From assembly GCA_965116905.1 (NCBI GenBank), contig OZ220732.1:320001-384000 (forward strand): a stretch of DNA of 64,000 nucleotides. The letters run 5' to 3'. The position numbers and the translations under genes were made by a program. The notes beneath the pieces were generated by a model. It was not told the origin of the DNA. It made no database searches and saw only the letters and a list, made by a program, of their open reading frames with translations. Every line of letters begins with the position of its first letter. The stretch's first letter is position 1. Below are positions 38,922 to 47,654 of the stretch, piece after piece. The stretch comes from Longimicrobiales bacterium (GTDB lineage: Bacteria; Gemmatimonadota; Gemmatimonadetes; Longimicrobiales; Gaopeijiaceae).

Positions 38922-40145
38922 TTGCAGCTTGCTTCCGGGTCCCGGGCGCCTCGTTGCGTTGCGGCGTCACGTTGCGCTGGGGCGTCACGTTGCTTCGCGG
39001 CGTCTCGTTGCGTTGCGGCATCCGCCTGGGTCCTCGCCCTGGTCTTCTCCTCCGCGTGCGATGCATTCTCGCGCGAATACGACATCTGGGTGGACACGCT
39101 ATCGACCGGGCTTGTCCGCGTTTACAACCGGGATCTCCTCAGGTCCAGCCCGGAGCCCGATTTTGTGCTGGTCGAGGAACTGCGGCTGGGGCAGGCGTCC
39201 GGCCCCACCGGCAGCGAGGGACCTGAAGCCTTCGGCAACGTCGTCGGATTGGCGTTGGACGATGTCGGCAGGATCTACGTCGCGGAAGAGGCAGCTCAGG
39301 AAATCCGGGTCTTCGATCCACAAGGGGACTTCCTGCGGCGTTTCGGCCGCCGGGGGGACGCTCCCGGCGAGTTCCAGGGTCTGCGCGGAGTCGTATGGCA
39401 CCCCTCCGGAGTCCTCCTGGCCATGGACATCGGCGCGCGGCGAATCACCGCCTTCGACTCTCTCGGGACGGTTCTTGCGACCACCAGACACCACGAAGGG
39501 ACCGGCAGCCTCGGTTCGGCCTGGCGGGCCGATGTCGATACGCTCGGCTTCCTCTACGAACAGGATCGGGATTCGCCGTCCTGGGCGCGGCGCGTATTCA
39601 AACACCGGCTCATGGGCGACTTCACGCTGGCTGCGGTGGACACGATCTTGCTCGCCCGGCGGGGACCCCACTTCGATTCGATCCCGACCAACTGGCAGCC
39701 GCTGTGGTCGGCGGACCCCGACGGGAGCATGTGGCACGGCAACACCAACCGGTTCCGGTTCCTGAAGGTCACCGCCGGGCGCGATACAGTCCTGGCCGTG
39801 GAGCTGCGCCGCCCGACGCCCCGGCTCGCGGGCCGTGAGAGGGACAGCCTCGGCGCGGCATGGGGGCTGCCGTCGAACGCGCTCCCCAGATACAAGGCGG
39901 TTCTGACATCCTTCCACGTCGCGCAGGACGGAAGAATCTGGGTATGGAACCCGTACGTGAGCCAGACGTGGGGCAGGTGGGAAGTATTCGACGGCAACGG
40001 CTACCACCTGGGTCAGGCGGCTACGCCCGCATTGCTGGCCACGGCACCATCGCCGGTATTCGGCCACGGCACGATCACGGGCGTCACCGAGGACGAAGCG
40101 GGAGTGCAGTACATCGTGCGCCTGCGCGTGGCCGGAATGGACTGA
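38922..40145 (+). CDS. 6-bladed (NHL/TolB-like) beta-propeller lipoprotein
   Basis: TTG after aaggag; lipobox-like SSAC; LVEELRLG, GRIYVAE, IRVFDPQGDFLRRFGRRGDAPGEF, DGRIWV, WEVFD. Confidence 0.7.
   Translation: MQLASGSRAPRCVAASRCAGASRCFAASRCVAASAWVLALVFSSACDAFSREYDIWVDTLSTGLVRVYNRDLLRSSPEPDFVLVEELRLGQASGPTGSEGPEAFGNVVGLALDDVGRIYVAEEAAQEIRVFDPQGDFLRRFGRRGDAPGEFQGLRGVVWHPSGVLLAMDIGARRITAFDSLGTVLATTRHHEGTGSLGSAWRADVDTLGFLYEQDRDSPSWARRVFKHRLMGDFTLAAVDTILLARRGPHFDSIPTNWQPLWSADPDGSMWHGNTNRFRFLKVTAGRDTVLAVELRRPTPRLAGRERDSLGAAWGLPSNALPRYKAVLTSFHVAQDGRIWVWNPYVSQTWGRWEVFDGNGYHLGQAATPALLATAPSPVFGHGTITGVTEDEAGVQYIVRLRVAGMD
38952..39023 (+). repeat. Four 18-bp in-frame repeats (RCxxAS) in the signal region
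   Basis: cgttgcgttgcggcgtca / cgttgcgctggggcgtca / cgttgcttcgcggcgtct / cgttgcgttgcggcatcc. Confidence 0.85.
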
Positions 40146-40175
40146 GTCGAGACAACCCCGCCCGCAGGCCCCGGA

Positions 40176-40646
40176 TCAGTTCGCCAGAACGTCCTTCAGG
40201 TCGTCGATCCGGGAAGCCGTCACGTCCCGGAGGTCGTCGATCCGCGCGGCCGTCACGTCTCGGAAGTCCTCAACCCGGGCCGCCATGAATCCCTGCATAT
40301 CGTCGAACCGCGCACCAATCTGTCGTTCGAGGCCCCTGATGTTCTCGCCAATCCGTCGGTCGACATCCCTGATGTTTTCGCCAATCCGTCGGTCGACATC
40401 CCTGATGTTCTCACCGATCGCCGCGTGTGCTTCCCGGCTCTCGGTGCGCACCAGCGCGATCTCGCCGCGGACCTCCTTGAACCGTCGGTCCATGGAGCGT
40501 TGCATATCGTCAAAACGCTTTTCCACGGACTCGAACCGCTGGTCCACGGACTCGAACCGCTTGCTCATCCAAACGGCGATGGCTGTCAGGCCAGCCAGCA
40601 GCACGACGATCTCCGCGCCCAATCCTACCCACTCAATCCCAGGCAC
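40176..40646 (-). CDS. Membrane-anchored coiled-coil repeat protein (DUF1640/Bdr-like)
   Basis: N-terminal TM; RFESVDQ/RFESVEK 7-aa repeats; GENIRDVDRRI 11-aa repeats (33-bp units at 40334-40399); ARIDDLRDVT repeats. Confidence 0.65.
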   Translation of the reverse strand: MPGIEWVGLGAEIVVLLAGLTAIAVWMSKRFESVDQRFESVEKRFDDMQRSMDRRFKEVRGEIALVRTESREAHAAIGENIRDVDRRIGENIRDVDRRIGENIRGLERQIGARFDDMQGFMAARVEDFRDVTAARIDDLRDVTASRIDDLKDVLAN

Positions 40647-40797
40647 CGTCCGTCACTCCCTCCTCCCCTGCCTCCCCGTCTCTTCCATCCGGCCGCCTCG
40701 TTCGGGCCGGCCAGGATGGAAGGTCGCACATCGGGCGGGAAACACCCATGCTTGTTTGGGACAACCCGTTGTCGGCATCGCGTACTGCAGCGAAGAT

Positions 40798-40854
40798 GGT
40801 TGCTGCGCGCGCGTACGCAAGGGTTGCCGTGGTTGCCGTGCGCGCGTACGCAAG
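40798..40854. repeat. 24-bp direct repeat with 9-bp spacer and palindromic core GCGTACGC, in a divergent intergenic region
   Basis: ggttgctgcgcgcgcgtacgcaag-ggttgccgt-ggttgccgtgcgcgcgtacgcaag. Confidence 0.7.
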
Positions 40855-40907
40855 TCGGCGTGCGGCTCCGGGACACGCGACTCACACCGTCCACCCCCAT
40901 CACACGA

Positions 40908-42032
40908 ATGAACCTCGACCCAATCCGCGACGAATTCCCGATCCTCGGGCGTCGCAACTACCTCAATTCCTGTTCGCTGGGCGCGCTGTCGCGTCGCGCG
41001 GAGGGCCGGCTCGCGGAGTTTGTCGCCAAGTGGCATGACCTCGGGGCCTCGGCCTGGTACGAGCACTGGTGGGGCGCGCTGGGCGAGCTGCGCGGCCGCG
41101 TGGAGACGTTGTTTGGAGCTCCGGCCGGCACAGTCGCGCTGATGCCCTCCACCTCGGCGTGCCTGGCCGCGGTCTCCTCGAGCCTCGACTGGTCCAAACG
41201 CAACCGTATCGTCACGACCGAGCTGGACTTCCCCACGCTCCTGTACCAGTGGAAGGTCCGCCCGGACGCCGAGATGGTGGTGCTGGAGAGTCACGACGGG
41301 GTGCACATCGACCCGCAGCAGTACGCGGACGCGGTGGACGACCGCACGCTCGCGATCGCGACCAGCCACGTCTTCTTCACGACCGGCGCGGTGCAGGACC
41401 TGGCGGCCATCGCCGAAATCGCGCGGCGCACGGGCGCGTACAGCCTGATCGACGGCTACCAGGGAGCGGGCCAGGTGCCGATCGACCTCCCCGCGACGGG
41501 AGTCGACTTCCATACCTCGGGGCCGCTCAAGTGGCTCTGCGGAGGGCCTGGCCTGGCCTACCTGTACGTCCGCGACGACCTGATCCCCAACCTCGAACCC
41601 ACCATCACCAGCTGGTTCGCCACCGAAGACCAGTTCCTCTTCAACCCCGGCGACTTTCGCTACCACGGGGACGCGCGGCGCTTCGAGCTGGGGACTCCGG
41701 CGCTGGCCACGGTGCACACGGCGCTCGGAGGGCAGGAGATCGTCGACGAGGTCGGGATAGCGCAGATCCACAGGCAGAACGTGGCGCTTACCGAGCGGCT
41801 GGTTGAACGCTGCACGGCCGAGGGGTTTTCGCTTCGTGTGGGTGATCGGCCGGAGATGCGCTCGGCGATCGTTCTGGTGCGGCACGACGAACCCGGAGCC
41901 GCCGTTGCCCACCTCGCCGAACGGGGCATCATCGTGGACAACCGGCCCGGGGTGGTGCGCGCGAGCCCCCACTTCTACAACACACTGGACGAGGTGGACC
42001 AGTTCGCGGAGGCGCTGGCCGAGACCGTGTAG
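40908..42032 (+). CDS. Class V PLP-dependent aminotransferase (kynureninase/cysteine-desulfurase-like)
   Basis: IRDEFPIL..NYLNSCSLG, IDGYQGAG, SGPLKWLCGGPG, RFELGTP, RASPHFYN. Confidence 0.85.
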   Translation: MNLDPIRDEFPILGRRNYLNSCSLGALSRRAEGRLAEFVAKWHDLGASAWYEHWWGALGELRGRVETLFGAPAGTVALMPSTSACLAAVSSSLDWSKRNRIVTTELDFPTLLYQWKVRPDAEMVVLESHDGVHIDPQQYADAVDDRTLAIATSHVFFTTGAVQDLAAIAEIARRTGAYSLIDGYQGAGQVPIDLPATGVDFHTSGPLKWLCGGPGLAYLYVRDDLIPNLEPTITSWFATEDQFLFNPGDFRYHGDARRFELGTPALATVHTALGGQEIVDEVGIAQIHRQNVALTERLVERCTAEGFSLRVGDRPEMRSAIVLVRHDEPGAAVAHLAERGIIVDNRPGVVRASPHFYNTLDEVDQFAEALAETV

Positions 42033-42113
42033 TGGCGTGCCCGAGGTTCCTGCGATTATTAGTCAGCTTCCACGCCGTTCACTGAGCCGTTCACTGAACC
42101 GGGAGATGCTCCC

Positions 42114-44756
42114 TTGCTATCCACGCTAGCACTCGCCGCAGCAATCCAACTGCCCGCCCAGGTGCCGGAACTGGCGCCCGGGACCCGCTACGATCCGGCC
42201 ATTCCAACGCTCGAAGAGGTTGTGGGTCACGACTTCGGGGAGGTCATCACGCCGCCCGACGATGTGATCCGGTACATCGAGGCGCTGGCCGCCGCCGCGC
42301 CGGAACGCACCCACCTCATCCGCTACGCGGAGAGCTGGGAAGGTCGCCCGCTCGTCGTCCTCGTCATCGGATCACCGGAGCGCATGGCGAGGTTGGACGA
42401 CGTCAAGACGGATCTGGCGCGTCTCGCCGACCCCCGCAGTCTGTCCGACGACGACGCGGAGGCCCTGCTCGCCGAGCTCCCCGTCGTCACCGCGCTCATG
42501 CACTCGATCCACGGCAACGAGATCAGTTCGAGTGGCGCGGCCATGGCGGAGGCCTATCACCTGCTGGCGGCAACCGGGGATGCCGATGTCGACCTGATCC
42601 TGTCCGAGTCGCTGGTCCTCATCGACCCCCTTGAGAACCCGGACGGACGGAACCGCTTCGTGTATCAGAACCAGATCGCGCAGGCCCGCTGGCCGGACGA
42701 GGCCGCGGTGTCGGCGGAACATGACGAACCGTGGCCGGGCGGACGGACCAATCACTACCTCTTCGACTTGAACCGGGACCTCTTCATCCAGAGCCAGCCC
42801 GAGACGCGGGGGAAGGTGGACGTGCTCCTCGAGTTTCGGCCGCAGATCGTCGCGGACCTGCACGAGATGGGCGGGGACGCCACCTACTTCTTTCCGCCCA
42901 CGGCACCGCCCTCCAACCCCTGGTACGGCGAGCGGCAGATCGCGCTAATGGACGTGTTCGGGTCGGCGACCGCGGCGCGCTTCGACGAACGCGGCTTCGC
43001 GTACTTCAACCGGGAGGTCTTCGACCTCTTCTACCCCGGCTACGTCGACATGTGGCCGATGGGGTACGGCGGGCTCGGCATGACCTACGAGCAGGCAAGC
43101 GCCCGCGCGCTGAGGCTACGGCAGTCGGACGGCGACCTGCTCACCTACGGCGACGGGGTGCTGCACCACTTCACGGCGGCGATCGAGACGGCGCTGACCG
43201 CCGCCCGGAACCGCGAGAGGATCCTGCGCGACTACCTCGCGTTCCGGCGTGACGGCGTGGCCGCGGGGCAGAGCGGCCCGGCGGAGATCGTGCTCCACTC
43301 GGCGCACGACCCGGGTATGGCGGAGCGCCTCGCCATGATGCTGGTGGAAAACGGAGTCGAGGTGTTCCGCGCATCGGGGCCGGTGACGGCCGGGGACCGC
43401 ACGCTGTCGGCCGGCTCCAGCTTCATCGTGCCGCTGGACCAGCCCATGCACGGGTTCATCCACAACCTGCTCGACGCCCACGTTCCCATGGCCGAAGACT
43501 TCGTGCGGCGGCAGATCGAGCGCCGCGCCAACCGTCAGTCGGATGAAATCTACGACCTGACGGCGTGGAGCCAGTCGCTGCTCTGGGACGTGGAGGCGAT
43601 CGAGACCGACGCGACCGGGGCGAGGGGCGAGCCCGTGACCGCCGAGGACGCGGCCGCCCGCCCGGAAGTGCTGGGTGACGCCGCGGAAGGCGAGCCGGTG
43701 GGCGCCCTGCCGGAAGCGGTCGTCGGCTACCTGATGCCGTGGGGCACCAACGGGGCCGCCGCCGTCGTCGAGGCGTTGCGGGAAGGCATTCGCGTGCGGG
43801 CGGCGGGCGCCGAGTTCACCCTGGGCGGGCGCCGTTACGGGACCGGCACCGTAATCGTCCGTGTAGCCGAGAACGGCCCGGATCTGCGCACCAGCCTGGC
43901 ACGGATCGCGGCCCGGCACAGTGCCGAAGTCGTCCCGATCGACGACGCGTACGTGCGCGAGGGCATGTCGCTGGGAAGCGGGCGGGTGCGGGGGCTGCGT
44001 GAACCACGTGTGCTGCTCGTCTACGATGCTCCCGGGCAGAGCTACTCGGTGGGTTGGGCCCGCTACGTGCTCGAGCGGCGCTACGGACAGCGCACGACAA
44101 CCGTGCGGGCATCGAGCCTCGGCCGGGCGACGCTGGCCGACTACGATGTGGTCGTCTTTCCGAGCGGCAATTACGGCAGTGCCGTGGGCGGGGGAATGGT
44201 GGACCGGCTGCAGGCCTGGATGCGCGACGGCGGCACCGTGATCACGATGGCCGAGTCTTCGCGCTGGGCGTCGCGGGCGGGGCTTCTGGCCACCGAGACG
44301 GAGCGCCGGGGCGGGCGGGCCGCGGGCGATGATCCGCCCGATCCCGGGACCCCGGACCAGCCCATCGAGTACCTCGACGCGATTTCTCCCGACGACGAAT
44401 CGCCCGAAGGCGTGCCGGGGGCCATTTTGCGCACCGTGCTCGACACCGAGCACTGGCTATCGGCGGGCACCGACGGCGAAATCGGCGTTCTGGTCGAGGG
44501 CTCACGCGTATTCCGCCCGATCACCCTCGACGACGGTACCAACGTGGGCCGCTATGCCGACCTCGAGAATCTCGTTCTCGGCGGGATCGTGTGGGAGGAG
44601 TCGCGGCCTCAGCTGGCCAACAAGGCCTTTCTAATCCACCAGCCCGTCGGACGCGGGCAACTCGTGGCGTTCGCGGAGGATCCGAACTACCGCGCGTATG
44701 CCGAGGCGACGCAACTGCTGTTCATGAACGCGGTGCTACTGGGACCGGGGCGTTAG
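42114..44756 (+). CDS. Secreted M14 zinc carboxypeptidase with C-terminal GATase-like domain
   Basis: SIHGNE, NPDGR, DLNRD, DLHEMG, YDLTAWS. Confidence 0.85.
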   Translation: MLSTLALAAAIQLPAQVPELAPGTRYDPAIPTLEEVVGHDFGEVITPPDDVIRYIEALAAAAPERTHLIRYAESWEGRPLVVLVIGSPERMARLDDVKTDLARLADPRSLSDDDAEALLAELPVVTALMHSIHGNEISSSGAAMAEAYHLLAATGDADVDLILSESLVLIDPLENPDGRNRFVYQNQIAQARWPDEAAVSAEHDEPWPGGRTNHYLFDLNRDLFIQSQPETRGKVDVLLEFRPQIVADLHEMGGDATYFFPPTAPPSNPWYGERQIALMDVFGSATAARFDERGFAYFNREVFDLFYPGYVDMWPMGYGGLGMTYEQASARALRLRQSDGDLLTYGDGVLHHFTAAIETALTAARNRERILRDYLAFRRDGVAAGQSGPAEIVLHSAHDPGMAERLAMMLVENGVEVFRASGPVTAGDRTLSAGSSFIVPLDQPMHGFIHNLLDAHVPMAEDFVRRQIERRANRQSDEIYDLTAWSQSLLWDVEAIETDATGARGEPVTAEDAAARPEVLGDAAEGEPVGALPEAVVGYLMPWGTNGAAAVVEALREGIRVRAAGAEFTLGGRRYGTGTVIVRVAENGPDLRTSLARIAARHSAEVVPIDDAYVREGMSLGSGRVRGLREPRVLLVYDAPGQSYSVGWARYVLERRYGQRTTTVRASSLGRATLADYDVVVFPSGNYGSAVGGGMVDRLQAWMRDGGTVITMAESSRWASRAGLLATETERRGGRAAGDDPPDPGTPDQPIEYLDAISPDDESPEGVPGAILRTVLDTEHWLSAGTDGEIGVLVEGSRVFRPITLDDGTNVGRYADLENLVLGGIVWEESRPQLANKAFLIHQPVGRGQLVAFAEDPNYRAYAEATQLLFMNAVLLGPGR

Positions 44757-44980
44757 TTGCCGACCCCCTCAAGGCAACACATGTGGTTGTGGGTATCACA
44801 GCCATAAACGACGCAGGGTAACCTAGGGAACGTACCTATCGTCAAGTCCGGGTGACAGTACGGATCGAGGTCGCACGGTGCCTGAGCCGAGGCATCGTCC
44901 ACGATCCAGTATCCGACGGATATCGCCAGAAAGAGTGCGATGAAGCCGGCAAGGTTGATGCGCTTGATGAGTCTGTCCAC
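44753..44980 (-). CDS. 75-aa secreted six-cysteine peptide (peptide 1)
   Basis: RBS aaaggag + GTG; 32-aa signal MDRLIKRINLAGFIALFLAISVGYWIVDDASA; 43-aa mature QAPCDLDPYCHPDLTIGTFPRLPCVVYGCDTHNHMCCLEGVGN; paralog at 47401-47635. Confidence 0.8.
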   Translation of the reverse strand: MDRLIKRINLAGFIALFLAISVGYWIVDDASAQAPCDLDPYCHPDLTIGTFPRLPCVVYGCDTHNHMCCLEGVGN

Positions 44981-45030
44981 GTTCTGAGCTCCTTTGGGAT
45001 TACTTGAGTCGGTGCTGCGGATTGGCCATC

Positions 45031-46158
45031 TCAGTGTCGGGCCTTTAGTCGGTGCTTGGCGATGCGCCAAGGCGGGAAGTCCGAGTTTTGCAAGACGTAC
45101 AGGTACCGGCCTCCCCCGAGAACCTTGGCGCCCTGGGGTAGCAGGACATCCTCGTAGAGTTTGGCGGCGGTGTGGCGATCGTAAACCTCCAGCCGAGTGT
45201 GAAAACCACGGAACGGAGGAACCAGCTTCGTCTCGTCCAGGCGGCCGATCGTAAATACAAGATAGTCCTCGCCCACCACATCGATTCGCGCGACGTTGTC
45301 GAAACTAGCCAGCAAGCGGGCCACCTTCGGGCCACCCTGCTCTGTCGCAAAGTAGCCCCGCGGAATATCTGGGATTTCTCGAAACGAAGGCGACGGGAGA
45401 CCAATCGTGCCAACCGAATCCCCAGCGCCGTCCAAGATCGTAGCCGGGTACAACACAGATGCCATGACGAATATCGAGTCGCCCGCGACGGTAACGGGTA
45501 TGTCTGTAAACGCACCCACATATGGCTTGTCGAAGACGGGAGAGCGCCACGCGCTCCATGTGACCTCTCCGTCGACCAAGCGATGGTAGAATCCGCGCTG
45601 CCTTGCCACCTCGGGACTTGTCAGGGTCTCCCCAGACAGCGGTCCCAAACCAAAGAAGACGATGTCTTCCCTGAGCGCAAAGAGGTCCCCCACCAGATAG
45701 TTCACAGCCAGCATCGTATCGGGGGTTAGGTCTCTGTCCAGGAAGGTCAGCCATGGGTTGCGGGGGCTTGCCACAACAACGTGTCCCGAGGGCATTTCGG
45801 TCACACCGACGATCTCTCGAAACTCCCAGGGGCCGCTGCCGAAGCGTCCAAATGCAGCTTCGAGTGCGCCGTCCTCCGAATAGGTGCGGACACGAGGCAG
45901 GATTCGGTCAGCGATGATGAAACCTCCATCGCGCCGCTCTACGAACACGCCGATCTCGGCAATCGAGTCGGCCGGTTGTTCGCCAAGTTCGATGACTTCC
46001 GTGAGCTGGAATACTTCGTCCATGGGAGGTGCAGGAACGCTGGGAAGCGGCTGATCGCAGGAAGCGAGCACCCCTGCTGTGACGAGCATCGAGGCAGCGA
46101 CCCAAGCCCAAGGCCTATTAGCCCATGCCATTCCGAATGCCCCAAGGTGCCAATCCAC
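45031..46158 (-). CDS. Beta-propeller lipoprotein P1 (6-bladed/TolB-like)
   Basis: Lipobox LASC; VIELGE.PADSIAEIG...PRVRTY.EDG.LEAAFGRFG.GPWEF; C-terminal LEVYDRHT...GGGRYLYVLQN; start 46158 or 46131. Confidence 0.8.
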   Translation of the reverse strand: MDWHLGAFGMAWANRPWAWVAASMLVTAGVLASCDQPLPSVPAPPMDEVFQLTEVIELGEQPADSIAEIGVFVERRDGGFIIADRILPRVRTYSEDGALEAAFGRFGSGPWEFREIVGVTEMPSGHVVVASPRNPWLTFLDRDLTPDTMLAVNYLVGDLFALREDIVFFGLGPLSGETLTSPEVARQRGFYHRLVDGEVTWSAWRSPVFDKPYVGAFTDIPVTVAGDSIFVMASVLYPATILDGAGDSVGTIGLPSPSFREIPDIPRGYFATEQGGPKVARLLASFDNVARIDVVGEDYLVFTIGRLDETKLVPPFRGFHTRLEVYDRHTAAKLYEDVLLPQGAKVLGGGRYLYVLQNSDFPPWRIAKHRLKARH

Positions 46159-46199
46159 CTAGGACTCCACTACCCGGAGGCCGACTGCGCCCGACTGAC

Positions 46200-47282
46200 T
46201 CAATCCGCTACCCGCAGCCTGTACTTCGCGATCCGCCACGGCGGGATGTCCGGGTTCTGTAGCACGTACAGGTACCGGCCCCCGCCGAGCACCTTGACGC
46301 CGTCGGGCAGTGGCACGTCCTCGTAGAGCTTGGTGCCGGTATGGCGGTCGTAGACTTCGAGTCGGGTGTGGACCACCCTGAAGGGAAAGAGCGGCTTCGT
46401 TTCGTCAAGCTGACCCACCGTGAAGACCAGGTGGTTACCGGCGACCACATCAATGCGACGAACAAGGTCGAACGTGCCTAGTAGATCGCTGAAATCCTGT
46501 CCTCCCGGCGAAGTGGTGGAATACGCACCCGGCTCAATCTCCGGAACCCTGCGGAATGAATGTGATGGCGTCCCAATCGTGCCCACCGAATCCCCAGCTC
46601 CGTTCAGAATCGTGGCAGGGTAGAGCAACTGAGCCATGGCGAAGATCGAGTCCCCGGCCACGGCGCCTACCACATCCCCGAATCCCTGCCAGTAGGGCTT
46701 TCCAAAGATCGGCGTCGTCCAAGTCGTCCACGCAACACCCCCGTCGACCAACCGGTGAAAGTAGCCGTTCTGTAACGCCACGTCGTGTATCGACCGAGCC
46801 TGGCCGATGCCGTAGAAGACAATGTCCGGCCCGAAGGGAAAAACCTGAAAAATCCAGTTATCGCCGATTCCCACCAGAGTATCCGGACTCAGGTCGCTGT
46901 TCAGATAGGTGAGCCATCGGTTGCGCGGACTCGATACGACAATTCGCCCGGAAGCTGTCTCCGCTACACCGCTGATACGTTGCAGTTCCCAGGGGCCGTC
47001 TCCGAAGCGTCCGAATGCGGCTTCCAGGGACCCGTCATCCGTGTACGTGCGCACGCGAGGCAGGATCCAGTCGCTGATGACGAAGCCGCCGTGCTGTCGC
47101 TCGACGAAGACACCGACCTCGGCGATCGAGTCGGCCGGATCTTCGCCCAATACGACCACCTCTGCGAACTCGAAGACCTCGGAGAAGGATGGGGAGGCAA
47201 CGGCCCTCGGCGGCTGATCACAGGAAGCGAGCGAAACGCTCGTGCTGACAACCAGAGCCGACACTACAGATCGGGATTGCAT
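46200..47282 (-). CDS. Beta-propeller lipoprotein P2
   Basis: MQSRSVVSALVVSTSVSLASC lipobox; same motifs as P1, P3 and P4. Confidence 0.8.
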   Translation of the reverse strand: MQSRSVVSALVVSTSVSLASCDQPPRAVASPSFSEVFEFAEVVVLGEDPADSIAEVGVFVERQHGGFVISDWILPRVRTYTDDGSLEAAFGRFGDGPWELQRISGVAETASGRIVVSSPRNRWLTYLNSDLSPDTLVGIGDNWIFQVFPFGPDIVFYGIGQARSIHDVALQNGYFHRLVDGGVAWTTWTTPIFGKPYWQGFGDVVGAVAGDSIFAMAQLLYPATILNGAGDSVGTIGTPSHSFRRVPEIEPGAYSTTSPGGQDFSDLLGTFDLVRRIDVVAGNHLVFTVGQLDETKPLFPFRVVHTRLEVYDRHTGTKLYEDVPLPDGVKVLGGGRYLYVLQNPDIPPWRIAKYRLRVAD

Positions 47283-47400
47283 CACTAGCTGGCTTCCACC
47301 GAGGCCACGACAAGCCCCGCTAGAACATCGCCTTTCGAGACTCACAGCAAGGCAGTGTAAAGGCAGTGTACTAGCGGCGCGCGGCCGGCGCCACAACAGC

Positions 47401-47635
47401 CTAATTGCTGATCCCGTCCAAACAACAGGTCTGATGACGGGTGTCACAGTCATTCGTGAGGCAGGCATAGTGCCCGACGCTTCCTGGCGTATCCTCATGA
47501 CATTCCGGCGTGTCCCCACACCACGGCCACTGCGCCGACGCCCCCTGCACCGTGCCGTACCCCACCGTGATCGCGACCACGAGCGCGGCCACACCCACAG
47601 CCTGGAAGAACTTGATGAACCGGTAACCGGTCCAT
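47401..47635 (-). pseudogene. Secreted six-cysteine peptide 2, frameshifted by a 7-bp tandem duplication in its first codons
   Basis: RBS aaagggga + ATG G ACCGGTT ACCGGTT CATCAAG. Removing one copy gives 228 nt, the same length as peptide 1: MDRFIKFFQAVGVAALVVAITVGYGTVQGASA-QWPWCGDTPECHEDTPGSVGHYACLTNDCDTRHQTCCLDGISN. Confidence 0.8.
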
Positions 47636-47654
47636 TGTCGATCCCCTTTCGGAT

